A stretch of DNA of 64,000 nt from an uncultured Actinomycetota bacterium (GTDB taxonomy: Bacteria; Actinomycetota; Actinomycetes; JAFAQI01): positions 96,001 through 160,000 of the forward strand of contig CAVYQE010000006.1 of assembly GCA_963770565.1 (NCBI GenBank). The letters run 5' to 3'. Position 1 is the first letter of the stretch; the number at the start of each line of letters is the position of its first letter. The notes under the pieces are model-generated. The model made no database searches, had not been told where the DNA came from, and saw nothing but the letters and a program-made list of their open reading frames with translations. A program made the translations under genes and the position numbers. This document shows positions 59,101 to 64,000 of this stretch, piece after piece.

Positions 59101-59811
59101 CTCGACAACATCGCGTTCAGCGCAGGGGTTGCGATCCCGTACAACGGCGATCCGGTCGTCTTCGACTTCGCCTTCTGCTCGGTAGACAACCCGTTCCAGC
59201 TCGAGATCATGATCTTCACGGGCGGCGGGTACGTCGCCCTGACGATCGGCCCGAACGGGATCCAGTCGTTCGCGCTCGGCTTCGACTTCGGCCTCGGCTA
59301 CTCGATCGATATCGGGATCGCGAGCGGCCAGGTCTCGCTCGTGGGCGGCATCTCCTACTCCTCCACCCAGCTGCAGCCGCACGGGCAGCAGGTCGACCTG
59401 ACGGCGTACGTCAAGGCGAGCGGCGGCATTTCCGCGCTCGGCGTGATTTCGGTCTCGGTCGAGCTGTATCTCGGGTTGACCTACCAGTCGACGGACGGCA
59501 ACAGCGAGCTGATCGGCGAAGCGTCGATGTCGATCTCGGTGCACGTGCTGTTCTTCGGGTTCAGCGTCGGCATCGACGTCCAGGAGACCTTCGCCGGCAG
59601 CTCCACCAGCGGCGGCGGAGGGGCGATCGCGCACCATCAGGCGACGCACCGGGTCGGGCACAGCTCGGCGCATCGTGCGTTGCCCGGCGCCCTCCCGCGC
59701 GCAATCCGGCACGCCGACACACCCGACCCGACCGCCCCCAACACGTTCGGCGGTTCGATGACCGCCGACCAGTGGGCGGCCTACTGCACCTCGTTCGCGC
59801 TGGTCGGGTAG
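56173..59811 (+). CDS. Giant hypothetical protein (1212 aa) with twin-arginine motif and beta-strand-rich C-terminus
   Basis: Long ORF with strong GC3 bias; SRRSFI followed by a short hydrophobic stretch; no catalytic motif recognised. Confidence 0.85.
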   Translation: MAEGHGGTDRTFSRRSFIVYSAGAVGVVAYGDGVRPTEDRLGRFVPDAIATPKPNFALIMRRASDQCVLTLGFWNMTADFTKSPPVVKSLNTAKTNYLTVSFGVVGADFAADLSSPAPQNIAEQAFPLVASGLKSQTGGHKPPASSKAVGDPAVDARVSGGSQLAFIVPNSAVEPGATSPLTLDADTLLSWINYELSVVPVALPPLTAMSQGPSNFKGLKAPSPTQTAIEMPYRVVLSPPAIAAEGIQFGGSRATTVFVNATEPVTHNGWTELWHTRMAAKHEILVVPDARRDADPDIIIGTYETIVDETDRALMTVRAVWCTDLSFPGDLVKDLSEPKQDAPKFTTSLAYEDRYDIVRLSSDFTKSPKGPFGRKGTSTTGRELTTPFIPSPATVDRLMLTSLGGWLESDAHWNLPKQAVPRTKKGKPPPKIYNSSLLSWRHRAVQGRDSYVRVVRKGYLFPWGHLASLVKITEREIADKNGHPGAYLRQKVFIVISNPVKNYGFSGDFAPHAGHGMPFSSVEALTLVSPDIEEGKKPPEAYTSHQHGNVELCFQPDLGDHKPFLFHFRGTDWAGAPIDFHSPVVWVDDTVAYGDGNANHEFMKALLKKWHDNNPTITLDNQRVSVAPPSNPNAPSNTQQVLSSFKLDAVSPTSGTSAQSLINASQPAFYPFLREMTVSSPEAEAASGKAIGGSVLEYNSTNYLNHSGFNKSKNPGGIYLSRVSGAKRQAITFKSDHSGGSITPNIGIDGMSRAVGPVSGNINDLAKGKFEPKEVFPTSGPNAINAKLLGGIQLATILQSVPFGEDADNSSTFTIMTQELQSPHRIVTTVDWHPPIQSGGPPGADDLFDPTGDTDNSMDLHAVLVTSLDPSHPSTSTVTGQILDFDLNLYGTDESTYFIQIPFDSLTFRSKTGQKTDVQVQVNADGVAFKGPLSFVQDLASYLSFDGSGLTISTAGSAITADLTLAIPNITCGVFALDNIAFSAGVAIPYNGDPVVFDFAFCSVDNPFQLEIMIFTGGGYVALTIGPNGIQSFALGFDFGLGYSIDIGIASGQVSLVGGISYSSTQLQPHGQQVDLTAYVKASGGISALGVISVSVELYLGLTYQSTDGNSELIGEASMSISVHVLFFGFSVGIDVQETFAGSSTSGGGGAIAHHQATHRVGHSSAHRALPGALPRAIRHADTPDPTAPNTFGGSMTADQWAAYCTSFALVG

Positions 59812-59819
59812 GGATCCGG

Positions 59820-62800
59820 ATGAGCATCAAGCAGGCGATGATCTGGACCGTCCTCCCGGTCGGCCAGACCAAGGTCACCGGCCGCGTCAAGCCGGGCATC
59901 TACCTCGACTTCTCGGTGATCATCTCGCCGCGCCTCGAGTCGTCGAGCAGTGCCGAGCTCACGCTGTCCGACTTCCCCGACTGGTCGCAGACGCCGTCCA
60001 CCGGGGTGAGTCAGGGCCGGACCTGGCCGGACACGATCGCGGCCCTCGAGCCGAGCTTCGAGCTGCACCTTCCGCAGCTGCCCGGCTCGCCGACGTACCA
60101 CGCCGAGTTCGTGCATACGACGAGCGGCGTGCTGTTCGGGTCGCAGTCGCCGGATCCGACCCGCTGGGCGGCAATGTTCCCACCCGATACGCCGGTGACG
60201 CCGTACGTCTTCAAGGGGATGGGGTCGCGGCAGATCCGGTCCGCGCCGGTGGGGCAGCTCAGCGACACGATCACGTCGCTGTACGGCAAGTTCGGCGTTT
60301 CGTCGCCGACCGCGTTCCCGCTGTATGAGCACCTGGCGCCGGCGGACGCGTTCGGCGCGATCGGCTTCCAGCAGCTCTTCACACTCAATCGCGCCCAGGG
60401 CGACCAGCATCCGGACCCGGGCATCCACGGCATCGGGGTCGACCGCAAGAAGCAGCTGACGGATCTGCTCGAGCACCAGATCAAGCAGTCGCGGGCGATT
60501 CCGTACGACCTGGTGACATTGGCGAAGTCGCTCGGCTCGAACGAGCCGCCGGGGGCCGCGACCTCGCTCGCGTTCATCCAGGAGCAGCAGTTCCTCCAGC
60601 GCGGGCTCAAGCCGCACAAGACGCCGGTCGCCCCGGTGACGCCGCCGCAGTGGGACTTCCACCAGATCGTCGCGGCGATCGGGAGCCAGCCGTCCCTGCT
60701 TCGCATTCTGGGTCTGGTGCTCGACCTCCGCGCCGGGCCGGTCGGCCCGGAGGTGCTGGCGGCGTGGAAGACCGCGGCCGCCAACAAGAAGCTGGTCCCG
60801 ACCGAAGCGATCTTCGTCTTCAACGGCAACAAGCTGCTGTGGCCACCGGGTACGACGGCCAACCATACCCAGTCGGTCCGGCCGCCGACCGCGACCGAAA
60901 CGGATCTCGGGGTCTTCCGGGCCCAGCCGCTCGATCCGAGCAAGACCGATCTCGACGGCCGGATGCTCAAGCTCGGCGACCGCGCGCTGTATCGGATCAT
61001 CCGGATCGATCACGACAACGCAGCCATCAAGGCGATGCAGTTCGCCGACAACCTGACCCGCAGCCGGCAGCAGGGCCAGAAGCTGACCCTCACGACGCCG
61101 GATCGGTTCGCATTGCCTGCGTTGCGAACCGGTGGGTTTGCGATCGCTCGATCCGGTCGTGCGGTGCAGATGGCCGCGACGCTGGAGCGCCAGACGACGG
61201 CGTTGCAGGACGCCTACTTCGGGAGCGCGACGAAGAAGCCGTTGTATGCCGAGGACATCACCCGCGGCTACCGCTTCGACGTCTTCTCCAAGCCGGACCC
61301 GGTCTGGCGCTCATTGATGTGGCGGCAGGGCACCATCACGGTGCTCGGGACGCCGCCGGTTTCGATCCTCGAGGAGGACACCGTCGTACCGGCGCCGACT
61401 ACGGCGACGAAGTCCGGGGCCGGCGACCTGTATCTGCAGGAGACGCTCACTCGCTGGGACGGGTGGAGCCTCGGTGTGCCTCGTATCGGCACCGCCTTCT
61501 ACGACCCGAACACCCAGTCGCCGCCGCCGTCGAACCAGGGCTCGAGCGGCTTCAACCTCGCCACCGCCTGGCAGGTGCCGGGCAGCACCGCGGTCGCAGA
61601 CACCACCGAGACGGGCACCGACAACCTGCTGAGGCTGCCGAGGCTGCGCTTCGGCTGGCCGTACCAGCTGCGCGGCCGCGCGGTCGACCTGGCCGGGAAC
61701 TCGCTGCTCCCGGCGCAGGCGCCGAAGACCGGCGGCGCGCTGATCAGTTCATACGAGGCCCACCTGCGGGTCGAGCCGGTGCCGGCCCCGCGGATGCTGT
61801 TGCTGAACCCGCCGGGTCCGGCCGCCTCGGAAGAGGTCATGGTCATCCGCAGCGAGAACGCGACCCAGGACGGGACGCTGCCGATCGACACCGGCGTCTC
61901 GACCCGGATCATCCTGCCGGCCCCGACGTCGGTGTTCATGGCGGAGCAGCACGGCGCCTGGGACTTGTCGGCGACCGGCAAGCCGATGGACGACTCGACC
62001 GGGCGGTACGACGACATCGCGCTGCGTGATGCGACCACGATCGAGAGCCTGGGAACGCTGGAGAACCCGAGCGTCGTACACAGCCAGACGAACCCCTACC
62101 TGTTTTCCGGCTACCAGCCGATCACCTATCTGCCCGAGTTCATCGGCCGGACCGCACTCGTCCGCGGCCTGCCGATCAACAGCAGCAAGCAGACCGTGGC
62201 GAAGCTGCCGTTCGACACGGCGGGTGCGGGCTGGCCGAAGCTGCAGGCGTGCCGGATCCAGCTCACCCGTGGCGTGCCGAACTGGCACACCCAGACCGTC
62301 ACCGACCCGGGCGACTCGTCGAACGTCACGACCGAGCTGTTCCTGACCCTCGCCAAGGGCGACATGATCACCTGTCTGCTCAACTGCGAGATCAACGCGG
62401 CGACGCTGGACGTGATGGGGGTCTGGGAGTGGATCCAGGCCGAGGCGGCGGCGGCCGGTCTGAGCAGCGCGAAGATCAACGCAATCCGGAACTCGATCCT
62501 GGCCGGCGAGCACTGGATGTTCACGCCGTGGCGCGAAATCCGTTTCGTGCACGCCGTACGCACCCCATTGCTGGCGCCGCGGCTGTTCCTGTCGCCGAGC
62601 AAGTCGGCGGTCGGTCAGACGTTCGCTGCTTTCCTGGGCCTGAAGAACGCGCTCTGGGGCACGGTCGAGATGAGCCGCAAGAGCACGGCGCGGATCGACG
62701 TCGACGGGACCTGGGCGATGCCGATCGACACCGGGACGAACGCCGACCCGGTCACGCCGGTGCAGTTCGCCGGGCATGCGTTCAGCCTCGAGATCCCGCG

Positions 62801-64000
62801 GATCGGGATCGGCAAGCGACCCGACGCGGCCGGCCTGTCGGGCGTCCCGCTGGTCGAGTTCGAGAACTTCGACGAGGCGCATCAGTTCGGCGACACGAAG
62901 TTCCGTGCGGTCAACTACTCCGCGACGGCGACCAGCTTCTACATCGAGTACTTCCGCCAGCAGCTCACCCTGAACTCGACCGCGGATCCGATCGCAGCGG
63001 TGCGCGGTGCTGGCGCGGTCAAGCCGGGCGTCGCGTTCGAGGGGACCACGGTCAAGCTGCTGCTCGTCGGCACGGACAACACCGACCCGAGCAACCCGAA
63101 GATCCAGACCCGGCCGTTGGTCGAGGCGCCGGTCGGGACCGACCCGAACATCGCGGCGCCGACGCCCGGCGACTACGTGGTCGTGCAGGACCCGACCCTG
63201 GCGAGCGACCCGTCCGGGGCGGTCAACGGCACGGTCCAGATCCTGACCAACAGCACGATCAAGTCTTCGGACGTCAACGGCACGCCGACCGTCGTCTTCT
63301 CCTATGTCGGGCCCACGATCCACACCTACTCGGACCCGTCGACCGACCACACGACCGCGAAGTACATGCATGTGCCGAACTCGGCCCGCCCGGCCGCACC
63401 CGACGTGCTCTACGTGATCCCGGTCTACAAGCGGGCGGCGACGAACAAGTCGATCACCCGCACCGGCGGCGCGCTTCGCGTCTACATGAACCGGCCGTGG
63501 TGGTCCAGTGGCGACAAGGAGCGACTCGGTGTCGTTTGCTGGCATCAGGGCTCGAAGAACAAGAACCCGTTGCCGCCTTCGAGCCTCGCGCCGTACGTCA
63601 CGCAGTGGGGCTTCGACCCGATCCATGTCTCCCGCGAGACGCTGACGTCGAAGACGAAGCAGCCGACACCGTCGTGCTTCCCGTTCGCGACCGCCAGCAG
63701 CGGCAACGGATCGCTGACGATCGCCGAGGTTTCCGGGAAGGTCGACGTTGCCGGCCACGACGTCGGCTTCGACAGCACCCGCAACCTCTGGTACGCCGAC
63801 ATAAAGGTGACCTCACCGAGTGGCGCCGAGCTCGAGTCGTACACGCCGTTCATCAGGTTCGCGTTCGCGCGCTACCAACCGACGTCGATTCCCAACACGC
63901 ACTTGTCGAAGGTGGTCACTGTCGACTACGCGCAGCTTGCGCCGAACCGCCACGTGACGGTCGTCGGCTCGTCGAACGGCAACAACGGCGGCCAGTTCGC
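59820..64000 (+). CDS. Giant hypothetical protein (>=1393 aa), runs off right edge
   Basis: Absent from the ORF track (no stop in window). ATG 59820: MSIKQAMIWTVLP...FSVIISPRL...; same frame at LPRLRFGWPYQLRGRAVDLAGN (~61635), LRVYMNRPWWSSGD (~63474) and the window end. Confidence 0.85.
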   Translation, partial: MSIKQAMIWTVLPVGQTKVTGRVKPGIYLDFSVIISPRLESSSSAELTLSDFPDWSQTPSTGVSQGRTWPDTIAALEPSFELHLPQLPGSPTYHAEFVHTTSGVLFGSQSPDPTRWAAMFPPDTPVTPYVFKGMGSRQIRSAPVGQLSDTITSLYGKFGVSSPTAFPLYEHLAPADAFGAIGFQQLFTLNRAQGDQHPDPGIHGIGVDRKKQLTDLLEHQIKQSRAIPYDLVTLAKSLGSNEPPGAATSLAFIQEQQFLQRGLKPHKTPVAPVTPPQWDFHQIVAAIGSQPSLLRILGLVLDLRAGPVGPEVLAAWKTAAANKKLVPTEAIFVFNGNKLLWPPGTTANHTQSVRPPTATETDLGVFRAQPLDPSKTDLDGRMLKLGDRALYRIIRIDHDNAAIKAMQFADNLTRSRQQGQKLTLTTPDRFALPALRTGGFAIARSGRAVQMAATLERQTTALQDAYFGSATKKPLYAEDITRGYRFDVFSKPDPVWRSLMWRQGTITVLGTPPVSILEEDTVVPAPTTATKSGAGDLYLQETLTRWDGWSLGVPRIGTAFYDPNTQSPPPSNQGSSGFNLATAWQVPGSTAVADTTETGTDNLLRLPRLRFGWPYQLRGRAVDLAGNSLLPAQAPKTGGALISSYEAHLRVEPVPAPRMLLLNPPGPAASEEVMVIRSENATQDGTLPIDTGVSTRIILPAPTSVFMAEQHGAWDLSATGKPMDDSTGRYDDIALRDATTIESLGTLENPSVVHSQTNPYLFSGYQPITYLPEFIGRTALVRGLPINSSKQTVAKLPFDTAGAGWPKLQACRIQLTRGVPNWHTQTVTDPGDSSNVTTELFLTLAKGDMITCLLNCEINAATLDVMGVWEWIQAEAAAAGLSSAKINAIRNSILAGEHWMFTPWREIRFVHAVRTPLLAPRLFLSPSKSAVGQTFAAFLGLKNALWGTVEMSRKSTARIDVDGTWAMPIDTGTNADPVTPVQFAGHAFSLEIPRIGIGKRPDAAGLSGVPLVEFENFDEAHQFGDTKFRAVNYSATATSFYIEYFRQQLTLNSTADPIAAVRGAGAVKPGVAFEGTTVKLLLVGTDNTDPSNPKIQTRPLVEAPVGTDPNIAAPTPGDYVVVQDPTLASDPSGAVNGTVQILTNSTIKSSDVNGTPTVVFSYVGPTIHTYSDPSTDHTTAKYMHVPNSARPAAPDVLYVIPVYKRAATNKSITRTGGALRVYMNRPWWSSGDKERLGVVCWHQGSKNKNPLPPSSLAPYVTQWGFDPIHVSRETLTSKTKQPTPSCFPFATASSGNGSLTIAEVSGKVDVAGHDVGFDSTRNLWYADIKVTSPSGAELESYTPFIRFAFARYQPTSIPNTHLSKVVTVDYAQLAPNRHVTVVGSSNGNNGGQF

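Noticed and set aside
56173-64000. Giant genes as prophage tail or contractile injection system genes
   Set aside because: No recognisable sheath, tube, baseplate, VgrG, integrase or other phage genes in the window; cannot be excluded beyond the right edge.

Overview
High-GC, actinobacterial-type DNA; taxonomy is inferred only from composition and protein style. About 1-56 kb is a large CoA-dependent catabolic region. It holds six acyl-CoA dehydrogenase subunits, four CoA ligases, a family III CoA-transferase, an enoyl-CoA hydratase, a thiolase with its OB-fold partner, a fused ETF, a P450 with ferredoxin, five amidohydrolases (three are close paralogs), two LLM oxidoreductases, four SDRs, two ALDHs, GGT, a ThDP enzyme and an oxalyl-CoA synthetase/PanE2-like pair. 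Reading the intergenic DNA shows one ~18-bp pseudo-palindrome (approx. WAT-NN-RGTATMCY-NN-ATW) at 14 promoter positions. It fits a FadR/GntR-type operator, and the only regulator I found in the window is FadR-type, so the region looks like one regulon. Within it is an unusual transporter: a LivH-LivM-LivG fusion and a binding lipoprotein, with the matching LivF ATPase fused to a complete MFS permease. Unrelated genes lacking the operator (CSLREA/anchor-Q protein, MDR plus GT39, SNF2 helicase, lipoprotein) are interspersed, each next to short palindromic repeats. The last 8 kb hold two adjacent giant uncharacterised genes: 1212 aa with a twin-arginine motif, and >1390 aa running off the window. 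No rRNA, tRNA, transposase or CRISPR array was seen. All family calls come from motif recognition; no database searches were run.
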